A stretch of DNA of 64,000 nucleotides. Source: an uncultured delta proteobacterium. Its GTDB lineage: Bacteria > Myxococcota > Myxococcia > Myxococcales > Anaeromyxobacteraceae. The notes under the pieces are model-generated. The model searched no databases. It worked only from the letters and a program-made list of their open reading frames with translations, and was not told the DNA's origin. Where the stretch lies: assembly GCA_963766715.1 (NCBI GenBank), contig CAVYBH010000010.1, positions 48,639 to 112,638 of the forward strand. Direction: 5' to 3'. Both the position numbers and the translations under genes were made by a program. Shown here in pieces: positions 1 through 10,131 of this stretch. Positions within the stretch are counted from its first letter, which is position 1. Each line of letters starts with the position of its first letter.

Positions 1-445
1 CGGGCTTCTCCAACCGCGACGTGGAGAGCCAGACCGCCGCGGGGCACGTGGTCCCGGTGGCCACGCTTCGCCTCGAGTACCGCGAGCGGGTCCGCCACCC
101 GCTGCACTTCGGCGCTGGAGGCGGCGCTCGCGCCCTACTTCGATCCCTACCAGCGCATCGCCTACCAGCGCTTCACCTTCGGTGGAACGATCGACTGGCG
201 CCCCAGCGACGCCTGGCAGCTCGGCGGGTACCTGTCGGCGGCGCTGGCCCCGTACACGGTCCGCGCGCCGGAGTCCTACGGCACGGCCGGCGCTGTCCGC
301 GAACTTCGCGCCGCTCCCGTTCCTGATCCTCACGGCGGGCACCTTCACCCAGGCCCAGTTCCAGGGCGCGAGCGGCGACAGCAGCTCCTTCCGCCAGTGG
401 ACCGCCTACTTCTCGGTCGCGCTCCACGACCGGATCGCCTTCTGA
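1..445 (+). CDS. 3' end of a probable outer-membrane beta-barrel protein (possibly polysaccharide-export associated); truncated by window edge and frameshifted
   Basis: Amphipathic strand-like peptides across shifting frames (VATLRLEYRE, AYQRFTF, QWTAYFSVALHDRIAF*); C-terminal Phe; sits upstream of a priming glycosyltransferase. Confidence 0.45.
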   Translation, partial: GLLQPRRGEPDRRGARGPGGHASPRVPRAGPPPAALRRWRRRSRPTSIPTSASPTSASPSVERSTGAPATPGSSAGTCRRRWPRTRSARRSPTARPALSANFAPLPFLILTAGTFTQAQFQGASGDSSSFRQWTAYFSVALHDRIAF

Positions 446-713
446 GTTTCCGCCCCTTTAGGGGCAGGAAACGCTCCCCATACCCACATGTAGACCGGCT
501 CATTTGGGTCGTAGAAAGCGTATTTTCTGTGACAAAATGTCCACTGATTGTGGTCATTTGGCTGATTGCCGGGCTTAATCCTCTACAGTTACGTCCACTT
601 ATCCGATACCACCCCCCTTGTACCTACCACCGCGTACACCTGTCACGGGACATTCATCTGCCGTCCGATTCGATTAGCTACGGCTGTCGAAAGGGTTGGG
701 GGGCAGACGCATC

Positions 714-2121
714 ATGAAAAACCGTGTCGTCGAAGGTTCCGTTCGTCTTCTGGACATCCTGTGCGTGGTCGCCGCCGTGCCGGCGGCCTACCAGTTGCGC
801 GACCTGTTGCCGGTCGCGAACCGGGGACCGCTGGTCCCGCTCTCGGACTACTGGCCGTTCCTGGCTTTCACCCTCTTGCTCTGGGTCGCCGCGACCTGGT
901 TCTTCCGGGTCTACGAGAGCTTCCGCACCCGCTCGGTCTGGCCGGAGATCGCCCGCATCGCCAAGGCGCTGGTGGCCGTCGCGCTGCTGCACATGGCGGC
1001 CATCTTCTTCCTGCGGATGCAGGAAGAGGTCTCCCGCCTCTACTTCGGCACCTACTTCGGCCTCGCCTTCGTCCTCCTCGTCGCCAACCGGCTGGTGCTC
1101 CGCAGCGTGGCCTACTCGGCTCGCCGCGGCGGCCTCAACACCCGCGTGTTCGCGGTCGTCGGATCGGGCGACCTCGCCCACGACGTGGTGGCCACGGTCG
1201 CCGATCACCCGGAGTGGGGACTCCAGTTCGCGGGCCACATCCTCGAGGACGGCTCGGCCGCGACCGCGCCTCGCGAGCTGGTCCTCGGGTCGGTCTCGCA
1301 GCTCGGCCAGATCCTCGACGACAACGTCATCGACGAGGTGATCTTCGCGGTGCCGCGGGAGCGGCTCGCCTCCGTCGAGGGCGCGTTCCGCCTGTGCCAG
1401 GAGCAGGGCGCCGGCGCCCGGGTCTGCCTCGACCTCTTCGAGGTGAGCGGCGCGCGCGTCGCGCTCGGCGAGCTCGACGGCCTGCCCATGCTCTCGTTCT
1501 CCCGCGCCCCCACCGACGAGGTGGCGCTCCTCTTCAAGCGCGCCTTCGACGTGCGTCACCAGCGCGGCGGCCCTGCTCGCCTTCTCGCCGGTGCTGCTCG
1601 TCACGGCGCTCGCCGTCAAGCTCGAGTCGCCCGGGCCGGTGTTCTTCCGCCAGGTCCGGGTGGGCAAGAACGGACGCCCGTTCCGGATGTACAAGTTCCG
1701 GAGCATGCACGTCGACGCCGAGGCCCGCCTCGAGTCGCTGCGCGCCCAGAACGAGGCGACCGGCCCGGTGTTCAAGATGCGGAACGACCCGCGGGTCACC
1801 AGCGTGGGCCGCTTCATCCGCCGCACCTCCATCGACGAGCTGCCCCAGTTCCTGAACGTCCTGTTCGGCGAGATGAGCGTCGTCGGGCCGAGGCCCCCGG
1901 TTCCTGCCGAGGTCCGCCAGTACCAGCGCTGGCAGCGCCGTCGCCTGAGCGTGAAGCCGGGCATCACCTGCACGTGGCAGGTGAGCGGCCGCTCCAACAT
2001 CTCCTTCGACCAGTGGATGGCGCTCGACCTCGAGTACATCGACACCTGGTCGCTCTGGCAGGACATCCGGATCTGCTTCCGCACCGTCCCCGCCGTGCTG
2101 CTGTCTCGCGGCGCGCACTGA
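714..2121 (+). CDS. Polyprenyl-phosphate hexose-1-phosphate transferase (WcaJ/EpsZ-type priming sugar transferase); frameshift near 1550-1556
   Basis: N-terminal TM helices plus nucleotide-binding-like domain in ORF 696 (up to LFKRAFD); C-terminal catalytic domain in ORF 1591..2121 (FRMYKFRSM, DPRVT, SIDELPQFLNV, GEMSVVGPRP, KPGITCTWQV). Confidence 0.92.
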
Positions 2122-2168
2122 CGGTCAGGGGACCCGGGCCGGACCGGTGTCCGACCCGGGTGATACGA

Positions 2169-2205
2169 GAAAGGCCTCCCCTGCGGATGCAGGAGGAGGC
2201 CTTTC
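2169..2205 (+). promoter_or_regulatory. Stable hairpin covering the rmuC Shine-Dalgarno (terminator or translational control element)
   Basis: GAAAGGCCTCC-CCTGC-ggat-GCAGG-a-GGAGGCCTTTC; the 3' arm contains AGGAGG just upstream of the TTG at 2209. Confidence 0.55.
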
Positions 2206-2208
2206 CCT

Positions 2209-3644
2209 TTGAGCGCCGACCTCGCCACCCTCCTCGCCTCGATCGCCGTCGCCCTCGCGGCCGGGGCCGCCGCTGGCTGGGCGCTGGCCCGCTCCCGGGC
2301 TCGCTCGGAGGCCGACACCGCGCTGGCGCGGGCCCAGGCCGATCGGGCCCCCGTCGAGGCGGCCGCCGCCGAGCAGGCCCGGCGCGCCGCCGACCTGCGA
2401 GCGCACCGTCTCCGTCCGCGACGAGGCCCTGGCCGCGGCAGCGGAGCGGCTCCGCGCCGAGAGCTCGGCGCGGGCCGCGCTGGCCGCGCGACTCGAGGAG
2501 CAGCAGAAGGCGCTCGAGGCGGAGCGGGCCCTCCTCCAGGAGGCCGAGCGGCGCCTGGGAGACACCTTCAAGGCGCTGTCCGCGGACGTGCTCCAGGCCT
2601 CCAGCGCCACCTTCCTGCAGCTCGCCGGGCAGACGCTCGAGAAGTACCAGGAGGGGGCGCGCGGCGATCTGGAGAAGCGCCAGCAGGCCATCGGCGAGCT
2701 CGTCACCCCCGTCCGCGAGGCCCTGGGGCGCTTCGAGGCGCAGGTCGGGGAGATCGAGCAGCGCCGGGCCGGCGCCTACTCCGAGCTGCGCGAGCAGGTC
2801 CGGTCGCTCGGCGACGCGCAGGCCCTCCTGCGGACCGAGGCCGGGAACCTGGTCCGCGCGCTCCGGGCGCCCCAGGTGCGGGGGCGCTGGGGCGAGGTCC
2901 AGCTGAAGCGGGTCGTCGAGCTGGCCGGGATGGCCGAGCACTGCGACTTCACCGAGCAGCACAGCGTCGACACCGCCGAGGGGCGGCTCCGCCCGGACCT
3001 GGTGGTGCACCTGCCCGGCGGCCGCACCGTCGTGGTCGATGCCAAGGCCCCGCTCTCGGCCTACCTGGAGGCGGTCGAGGCCACCGACGAGGCGAGGCGC
3101 ACCGTGCTGCTCGCCGACCACGCCCGGCAGGTCCGGGAGCACGTCGTGGCGCTCTCCCGCAAGAGCTACTGGGAGCAGCTCCGCCCCACTCCGGAGTTCG
3201 TGATCCTCTTCCTGCCCGGCGAGTCGTTCTTCTCGGCGGCGCTCGAGCAGGACCGCGACCTCATCGAGATGGGCGCCGAGCGGCGGGTCATCCTGGCCAC
3301 GCCCACCACGCTCATCTCGCTCCTCAAGGCGGTCTCCTACGGCTGGAAGCAGGAGACCGTGGCGGCCAACGCCGAGCGCGTCGCCGAGATGGGGCGCGAG
3401 CTGCACAAGCGGGTCTCCGACCTCGCCGCCCACGTGGTGAAGCTGGGCCGGAGCCTGTCCTCCTCGGTGGAGGCCTACAACGGCTTCCTGGGCTCGCTCG
3501 AGGCGCGGGTGCTTCCCACCGCGCGGCGCTTCCGCGAGCTCGAGGCGGCCGGCGCCGAGGTCGTCGCCGGAGCTCACGCCGGTCGACTCGGTGACCCGCG
3601 TGGCGCAGGCGCCGGAACTGGTCGCGGCCGCCCCTCCGAAGTGA
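2209..3644 (+). CDS. rmuC: DNA recombination protein RmuC; frameshifts near 2400 and 3570
   Basis: N-terminal TM and coiled coil; motifs RGRWGEVQLKRVVELAGM, RPDLVVHLPG, VVVDAKAPL, FVILFLPGE, LATPTTLISLL. Confidence 0.9.
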
Positions 3645-3671
3645 GGCGAGGGGCGTCCGCGGCGCGGCAGG

Positions 3672-3971
3672 CTACTTCAGGCCGCCGGCGACGTACTTCG
3701 CGAGCCCGCTGATCTCCGCATCGGAGAGCTTGCCCTTGAAGGGCGTCATCTTGCCCTTGCCGTTCGTGATCACCTTCTCGATGTCACCGGCCGAGAGCTT
3801 GGTGACCGTGAGGTCCTTCACGCCCAGCTTCTGGGCCATGGGGGTCTGGCCCTTTCCGTCCTTGCCGTGACAGGCGGCGCACTTGGCCTGGAAGACGTCG
3901 GCAGGGCCGGCGGCGCGGGCCGCGGGGGCGACGAGGACGGCGAGCACGGCGGCGACGAGCATCTTCTTCAT
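3672..3971 (-). CDS. Small periplasmic monoheme class I cytochrome c
   Basis: Signal peptide MKKMLVAAVLAVLVAPAARA; CAACH; distal Met in GKGKMTPF. Confidence 0.92.
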   Translation of the reverse strand: MKKMLVAAVLAVLVAPAARAAGPADVFQAKCAACHGKDGKGQTPMAQKLGVKDLTVTKLSAGDIEKVITNGKGKMTPFKGKLSDAEISGLAKYVAGGLK

Positions 3972-4052
3972 GTGTAAATCTCCGTTTTTCGGGTTCGGCT
4001 TTTTCCTAGCAGGGAGGTGCGCCGCCGTCCACACGCTCTTGGGCGACCGCGG

Positions 4053-5294
4053 CTAGTGCGCCGTCTCCGTGCCCGGCGGCACGACCGGCGCGCCCTTGGC
4101 CCGGAGCGTGCCCATCATGATGGGCACGGCCACGTTGACGAGCGTCGTGAAGACCAGCGCTCCCAGGCCGAAGACGCCGACGGCCACCATCCACTCCACG
4201 GCCGACGGGCGGTACTCGTAGATCTCGCCGAGGGTGTCCGGGGTCATGCCCGGGATGACGAGCCCCATGCCCTTCTCGATGTAGACGCCGGCGAAGATGA
4301 GCACCGCGCCGATGTTGAGCGTCGTCCAGTTCCGGCGGGCCGCCGGCACCACGAAGATGAGGAAGGCGGTCACCGAGCAGGTGAGCGAGAGCCAGGCGTA
4401 GGGCACGAGCGCGCGGTTCTTCCCGATGCCCTGCCAGAGGTACTTCGTGTAGAGCAGGTGCTCGGTGTGGGAGTAGTACTCCTTGAAGATCTCCGCGCCG
4501 AGCAGGAAGAGGTTGAAGAACATGGCGTAGGCCATGAGCTCGGCCACCTTCCAGATGGCCTCGTCCTTGATCTCGATGGCGGTGGTCTTCCGGAGGATCT
4601 GGAAGAGGATGATCATGACCGCCGGGCCCGACGAGAAGGCGGACGCGATGAACTTGGGCGCGAGGATGCCGGCGTTCCAGTAGGGCCGCGCCGCCATGCC
4701 GGCGTAGAGGAACGCGGTGACGGTGTGGATGCCGACCGCGGCCGGGATGCTGAAGAGCACGAGCGGCACCACGAACCACTTGGCGTACTCCTGCCCCCGG
4801 TAGGCGCGGTAGAGGATGTGGCTCACCACCACGAGGTTGAGCACCAGGTAGAGGTTCAGGACCAGCGCGTCCCAGGAGAGCATCGACTGGGGCCAGTTGG
4901 GGTTGCCGGGTCCGGGCATGATGTGGGTGAGCCGGTCGGGGCTCCCCATGTCGACCAGGATGAACATCATGCACATGATGAGGGCGCTGATGGCGAGCAG
5001 CTCGCCCAGCACCACCACCTCCTTGATGGGCTTCCAGTGGTAGACGTAGGCCGGGACGACGAGCAGCACCGCCGCCGCGGCCACGCCCACCAGGAACGTG
5101 AAGTTGCCGATGTAGAAGGCCCAGGTGACCTGGTCCCGCATGTTGGTGGCGATGAGCCCCTGCTGCCACTGCCGGGAGTAGCCGAACAGGCCGATCGCCA
5201 TCATGGCGAAGAGCAGCGCCATCCAGGCCTTGTAGGCCTTGCCGCCGGCGACCACCTGCCCCGCCGCGCCCTTCAAGAACTCGAGGATTCCCAT
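4053..5294 (-). CDS. NrfD/PsrC/DsrP-family integral membrane quinol oxidoreductase subunit
   Basis: 413 aa polytopic protein; TWAFYIGNFTFLVGVAA, VDMGSPDR, HTVTAFL motifs. Confidence 0.88.
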   Translation of the reverse strand: MGILEFLKGAAGQVVAGGKAYKAWMALLFAMMAIGLFGYSRQWQQGLIATNMRDQVTWAFYIGNFTFLVGVAAAAVLLVVPAYVYHWKPIKEVVVLGELLAISALIMCMMFILVDMGSPDRLTHIMPGPGNPNWPQSMLSWDALVLNLYLVLNLVVVSHILYRAYRGQEYAKWFVVPLVLFSIPAAVGIHTVTAFLYAGMAARPYWNAGILAPKFIASAFSSGPAVMIILFQILRKTTAIEIKDEAIWKVAELMAYAMFFNLFLLGAEIFKEYYSHTEHLLYTKYLWQGIGKNRALVPYAWLSLTCSVTAFLIFVVPAARRNWTTLNIGAVLIFAGVYIEKGMGLVIPGMTPDTLGEIYEYRPSAVEWMVAVGVFGLGALVFTTLVNVAVPIMMGTLRAKGAPVVPPGTETAH

Positions 5295-5312
5295 GGTGCG
5301 TTCCCTCGACGG

Positions 5313-6257
5313 CTACGTCGCGTAGAAGTAGTAGAACTGCGGCTCGGTATCGAGCTCCTCCTTGAAGACGAACACGCGCTTGCGGTCCATCACCTGGCGG
5401 ATCTCGCTCTCGGGGTCGAGCAGGTTGCCGAACTTCCTCGCTCCCACCGGGCAGATCTCCACGCAGGCCGGGTAGCGGCCGTTGCGGGAGCGCTGGAGGC
5501 AGAAGGTGCACTTCTCCACCACGCCCATCGGGCGCGGCCGGTTTCCCAGGTAGGCGGTGACCGGGTTCATCTCGGCCGCCGGCAGGTTGGGCTCCGCCCA
5601 GTTGAACTTGCGGGCTCCGTACGGGCAGGCGGCGGTGCAGCAGCGGCAGCCGATGCACCAGTCGTAGTCGATGACCACGATGCCGTCCGGCTCCTTCCAG
5701 GTGGCCTTCACCGGGCAGACCTTCGTGCAGGGCGGGTTCCGGCACTGCTGGCACTGCACCGGCATGTAGAAGTGCCCCGGCTCGGGCACCTTCTCCGGGT
5801 CGTAGTACGGGGTCGCGTGCTGGAGCGCGACGCCGTGCTCCTTCTCCATCTGGAGCACCCGGATCCACTGGATCTGGGGGTTCTTGCGCGACTGGTTGTT
5901 CTCCTTCACGCAGGCGTAGACGCAGCGGCGGCAGCCGATGCAGCGGGAGAGGTCGAGGCCGTATCCGAAGTTCACGCCGGGCATGGGCGGGGGCATGGAG
6001 ACGGTGACGTTCTTCCCGTACTGGGCCGACCACTTCTTCTCGAGCTTCCCGAGCATCTCCTGGAGCCGGTCCTTGGAGAGCTCGGTGAGGTGGCGGCGCT
6101 GGAGCTCCTCGACGACCGCGTCGGGCTTGCACCCGGAGACCGCGGCGATCACCGCGCCGGCCGCGGCGGTGCGCAGGAAGTCCCGGCGCGAGGGAGAGGT
6201 CCCGGCCTCTCCGGCAGGGTCCTCCTGGAGGACGGGGAGGCGCTTTCGTTCGCTCAT
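5313..6257 (-). CDS. NrfC/DsrO-family 4Fe-4S protein with Tat (possibly lipoprotein) signal
   Basis: SRRDFLR twin-arginine motif, AVSGC; Cys motifs CIGCRRCVYAC, CQQCRNPPCTKVCP, CIGCRCCTAACP, KCTFC...PACVEICP. Confidence 0.9.
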   Translation of the reverse strand: MSERKRLPVLQEDPAGEAGTSPSRRDFLRTAAAGAVIAAVSGCKPDAVVEELQRRHLTELSKDRLQEMLGKLEKKWSAQYGKNVTVSMPPPMPGVNFGYGLDLSRCIGCRRCVYACVKENNQSRKNPQIQWIRVLQMEKEHGVALQHATPYYDPEKVPEPGHFYMPVQCQQCRNPPCTKVCPVKATWKEPDGIVVIDYDWCIGCRCCTAACPYGARKFNWAEPNLPAAEMNPVTAYLGNRPRPMGVVEKCTFCLQRSRNGRYPACVEICPVGARKFGNLLDPESEIRQVMDRKRVFVFKEELDTEPQFYYFYAT

Positions 6258-6823
6258 CGGCCCTGCTCCTGCGGCGGGATCGGCGGCGGCTCGGGCTTGA
6301 GCGCCTTGAACCGCGGGTTGTGGGGGTTGTGGCAGTTCACGCAGAGGTAATAGACCTTCTTCCCGTTCCACATCCCGGTGCGCTTGCCGTGCACGCCGAC
6401 CTTCCAGTCGCGGTACTTGTCGCCGTGGCACTGCCCGCAGAGCTTGTAGGACTGGGTGAAGGGGACCTGCTGCCCGTTGATGAGGTGCAGGAAGTCGCGC
6501 TTCGCGTTGTCGTGGCAGTCGAGGCACCAGCGGGTCGGCGGCCCGTGGTGGAAGTCGCCCTGGATCTCGTCGTGGAAGGCGAGCTGGCGCGGCGTGGGGT
6601 CGCCCGGGCCGGCGTGGCACTGCGAGCAGGGGAAGATCCCCTCGCTGAACGGGGGAGGCTCGGCCTGGATGTCCTGGCCGGTGCCGGGCACCTCGGCCGG
6701 GGCGGAGGCGGCCGCGGGCGCCGGAGGCGCTGCGGGCGGGCTCTTGGCCAGGGCCGGGATCGGCAGGGCCACGAGCACGGCTGCCGCGAAGGAGAGCGCG
6801 GCGGGCCAGCGTGGAAGGGTCAT
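6254..6823 (-). CDS. Periplasmic tetraheme cytochrome c
   Basis: Signal peptide; four CxxCH motifs (CSQCH, CLDCH, CGQCH, CVNCH); overlaps next gene by 4 nt. Confidence 0.9.
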   Translation of the reverse strand: MTLPRWPAALSFAAAVLVALPIPALAKSPPAAPPAPAAASAPAEVPGTGQDIQAEPPPFSEGIFPCSQCHAGPGDPTPRQLAFHDEIQGDFHHGPPTRWCLDCHDNAKRDFLHLINGQQVPFTQSYKLCGQCHGDKYRDWKVGVHGKRTGMWNGKKVYYLCVNCHNPHNPRFKALKPEPPPIPPQEQGR

Positions 6824-6863
6824 CGATTTCCTCCGTCGCCGCGAGGGTGCGCGGCGCACAGGC

Positions 6864-6905
6864 AGACTAGGGGGCGAAGACTGCCAGGGGATTGATCCCG
6901 ATCAG
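6864..6905 (-). promoter_or_regulatory. FNR/CRP-family box with a class II-spaced -10 element for the tetraheme cytochrome operon
   Basis: TTGAT-cccg-ATCAG at 6892-6905 (9/10 to TTGAT-N4-ATCAA); minus-strand TAGTCT at 6869-6864 places the box centre at about -41.5. Confidence 0.7.
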
Positions 6906-6926
6906 GACCGGCCCGTCGTTCCACGG

Positions 6927-8306
6927 CTAGGCCTCGCCTGCGCGGGCCCGGGCGACGGGCTGACCCGTCCGGTACTCCTTCAGCCGGTACTGGACCTTCC
7001 GGACGGAGACGCCGAGGACCTCGGCAGCCCGCGCGGTGGACCCTCCCACCGCGTCGAGGGTGCGCAGGATGGCTTCCCGCTCGATCTCGAAGAGGCTGGC
7101 GCCGGGGATGAGGGCGCTGCCCGCTCCCTCCTCGGGACGCGCGCCGCGGAGGACGGTGGGCAGGTCGTCGATGCCGACCAGGTCGCCGGTGCAGACGCGC
7201 GCCGCCCAGGCCACGGCGTTGTCGAGCTCGCGGACGTTTCCCGGCCAGTCGTAGGCGAAGAGGGCCGAGAGCGCGCCCGGCGTGAGCCCCTTCAGGCTCT
7301 TGCCCAGCGCCCGGCCGTGCACGGCGAGGAAGTGGGCCGCCAGCGCCGGGAGATCGCCCTTGCGGGCGCGCAGCGGCTGCAGCGCGAGGGCCACCACGTT
7401 GAGGCGGTAGTAGAGGTCGTCGCGGAACCGGCCGGCGCGGACCTCTTCCGCGAGGTCGAGCCGCGTGGAGGCCACCACGCGGACGTCCACGCGCAGCGTC
7501 CGGCTCCCGCCCACCCGCTCGTACTCCCCCTGCTGGAGGACCCGGAGCAACTTCACCTGGAGCGAAGGGCCCAGGCTGGCCACCTCGTGGAGGTAGACGG
7601 TGCCGCCGTCGGCCCGCTCGAGCAGCCCTTCCCGCCGGCGCGGGGCGTCGCCCATCACGGTGCCCTCGCTGCCGAAGAGGCGCGAGTCGAGCAGGGGCTC
7701 GGAGAGCCCGGCGCAGCCGCAGCGCACGAATGGCCGGTCGCGCCGGGGCGAGGCCTCGTGGATCATCTCGGCCACGAAGGACCGGCCGGTCCCGGCCTCT
7801 CCCTGCAGGAGCACGGTGGCCTTGGTGGGAGCGGCCCGGCGGATGACCTCGTCGATGGCGGAGGCCTCGGGGGCGTTCCCGACGTAGCGCAGCCGGGCCC
7901 GGGCCTGGTCGCGGAGCTCACGGGCCTCCCGGCCCATCCGCCGCTTCTCCAGCGCCCGCTGGACCACGACCGAGGTCCGGACCGGGTCGTCGGGAAGGAC
8001 CACGTAGGCCTCCGCGCCGTTGCGCATCGCCTCGATGGCGGCGCTCACGTTCTCCCGCCTGCAGGTCACGATGAAGGCGGCGTCGGACCCGCCCGCGCGG
8101 GCGAGGCTCACGACGGCGGCCGAGCTCCAGCCGCTGGCGCGCGCCGCGCACAGCACCCCGTCGATGGGCGCGTTGCGCAGGACCTCGATTCCGGCCTCGG
8201 CGCTGGCGGCCTCCACGACCTCGAACCCGTCGGCGCGGAGCGAGCCCGCGAGGGTCGCCCGCTGGGTCGTGTCGGCATCGAGGATGAGGACCCGTTCGGA
8301 AGCCAC
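6927..8306 (-). CDS. NtrC-family (REC-AAA+-HTH Fis) regulator with degenerate catalytic motifs
   Basis: VKLLRVLQ, GRFRDDLYYRLNV, YDWPGNVREL and C-terminal HTH present; Walker A, Walker B, GAFTGA and receiver Asp altered; start may be GTG 8306 or 8333. Confidence 0.88.
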   Translation of the reverse strand: MASERVLILDADTTQRATLAGSLRADGFEVVEAASAEAGIEVLRNAPIDGVLCAARASGWSSAAVVSLARAGGSDAAFIVTCRRENVSAAIEAMRNGAEAYVVLPDDPVRTSVVVQRALEKRRMGREARELRDQARARLRYVGNAPEASAIDEVIRRAAPTKATVLLQGEAGTGRSFVAEMIHEASPRRDRPFVRCGCAGLSEPLLDSRLFGSEGTVMGDAPRRREGLLERADGGTVYLHEVASLGPSLQVKLLRVLQQGEYERVGGSRTLRVDVRVVASTRLDLAEEVRAGRFRDDLYYRLNVVALALQPLRARKGDLPALAAHFLAVHGRALGKSLKGLTPGALSALFAYDWPGNVRELDNAVAWAARVCTGDLVGIDDLPTVLRGARPEEGAGSALIPGASLFEIEREAILRTLDAVGGSTARAAEVLGVSVRKVQYRLKEYRTGQPVARARAGEA

Positions 8307-8386
8307 GGGCGGGCCCAAGTGCAATTCACGCACCGGAGCATTTCCGGGGCATATGGCGCAAACTCGCGCAACGGTTGCGAGATGGC

Positions 8387-8400
8387 TTGATTCGGGTCAA
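8387..8400. promoter_or_regulatory. FNR-like box in the divergent region between the NtrC-like gene and the macro-domain gene
   Basis: TTGAT-tcgg-GTCAA (9/10). Confidence 0.6.
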
Positions 8401-8520
8401 TCGAGGCGCAGCGGCTGGGACCGAAGTCCAACCGTGCCCGGGGTTTCCGCTGCCCCGGGCGCGTCGACCCCTCCCCCCTCGGCTGGACCGTGGAGAGGGT
8501 TTCGGCGCATGATCTGCGCC

Positions 8521-9073
8521 ATGGAAGGTCCGGACCTGGCCCGCCTGCGCGTGCAGAAAGGCGACATCACGCGGCTCGAGGTCGACGCCATCGTGAACGC
8601 GGCGAACTCCGGGCTCCTGCGGGGCGGTGGCGTCTGCGGCGCGATCCACGCCGCGGCGGGGCCCGGACTGGAGGAGGAGTGCCGGCGGCTCGGCGGGTGC
8701 CCGACCGGCGACGCCCGGATCACGTCCGGCCACGGCCTCCCGGCGCGCTGGGTGGTCCACGCGGTCGGGCCGGTGTGGCGCGGAGGGGGCGCAGGCGAGG
8801 ACGCGGCGCTCGCCGGAGCCTACCGGCGCTCGCTCGACCTGGCGGCGGAGGCCGGCGCGCGGACGATGGCCTTTCCCGCGCTGTCGACCGGGATCTACGG
8901 ATTCCCCGTCGAGCGCGCGACCCGGATCGCCGTGGCCGAGGTGCTGGCCGGGCTCGAGCGCCATCCCCGGCTGGACCAGGTGGTCCTCTGCTGCTTCTCG
9001 GATGCGGACCTGGCGACCTACCGCCGCGTCCTGGCCGAGGCGACGCTCGCCCCGGCGCGACCCCGGTCAGTGA
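8521..9073 (+). CDS. Macro-domain protein (YmdB-like O-acetyl-ADP-ribose deacetylase); 3' end uncertain
   Basis: GDITRLEVDAIVNAAN, GGGVCGAIHAAAG, VVHAVGPVW, AFPALSTGIYGFP; as sequenced the frame runs to 9300 over the opposite gene, probably because of an indel. Confidence 0.88.
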
Positions 9074-9487
9074 GCCGGCTGGGGAACGGGCGCGGTCCGC
9101 ACCGGGCCGGGCTCGGCCTGCATGGGCGGAGCGGCCTTCTGGTACGGCTCGTCCATCCAGGACTCCGAGTACGGAGGATTGGCGAACGGGAAGCGGGTGG
9201 CGTTGTCGATCATCGTGAGGCCGATGAGCAGCGCCACGAAGAGCGCGGAGACCACGAGCACCAGGCGGGCCACGCCCGGTCTCCTCCCAGAGGTGCATGA
9301 AGATGACGGCCACCAGCGCGGCCTTCACCGTGGCGATGGAGAGCGCCAGCACCACGCGTGCACCGTACGACAGGTGGGTCTTCCACACGGCGACGGTCAC
9401 GCCGGTGAGCACCATGAGGGCCACCCAGACCAGCACGTAGTGGACGGGGCCGAGGTGCTTGGCTTCGCTTCGGGTCGTGGCGGTCAC
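9067..9487 (-). CDS. ctaF: Cytochrome c oxidase subunit IV; frameshift near 9275
   Basis: YVLVWVALMVLTGVTV, IATVKAALVAVIFMHL; third TM helix in ORF 9067..9273; last gene of the oxidase operon. Confidence 0.8.
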
Positions 9488-9497
9488 GGTCGCCTCC

Positions 9498-10131
9498 TCA
9501 GACCAGGTAGAGCAGCGGGAAGAGGAAGATCCAGATCAGGTCGACCAGGTGCCAGTAGAGCCCGCTGAGCTCCACCGGCGTGGAGTAGCCGGGGCCGAAC
9601 TCGTTGCGCCACGCCCGCACCGCCACCCAGCCGAGCAGGCTCATGCCGATGAGCACGTGGAGCCCGTGCAGGCCGGTCATGAGGAAGTAGACCGTGAAGT
9701 ACATGCTCACGCCGGGGCCCTGCACGCCGGCGAAGTGGTAGAGCCGCCCGGGCAGCTGCCCGTCCAGGTAGTGGTGGTAGTACTCGTAGCCCTTCAGCAC
9801 CATGAACACCGCGCCGAAGCCGATGGTGATGGCGAGGAGCCCGACCACCTTCCGGTTCTCGCCGTGGCGCGCGTAGTGGATGGCGAGCGCCACCGTGAGC
9901 GACGAGGTGATGAGGACCACCGTGTTGGTGGCGCCCATCGCGACGTGGGCGAGCTTGCTCGCCTCCTCGAAGCCCACCGGGAAGAGGAACCGGTAGATGG
10001 CGTAGGCGGTGAAGAGGACCGCGAAGAGCAGGATCTCGGTGGACAGGAAGATCCACATGCCCATGCGGGCCGCGTGCTCCTGCGTCTTCATGTCCGGGAA
10101 GTGATGGGCGAGGCGCCCCGGAGCGGCGGCT

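Noticed and set aside
8354..8380. Sigma54 promoter near TGGCGCA...TTGC
   Set aside because: GG-to-GC spacing with TTGC does not fit; only a short palindrome GCAAC-G-GTTGC of uncertain meaning
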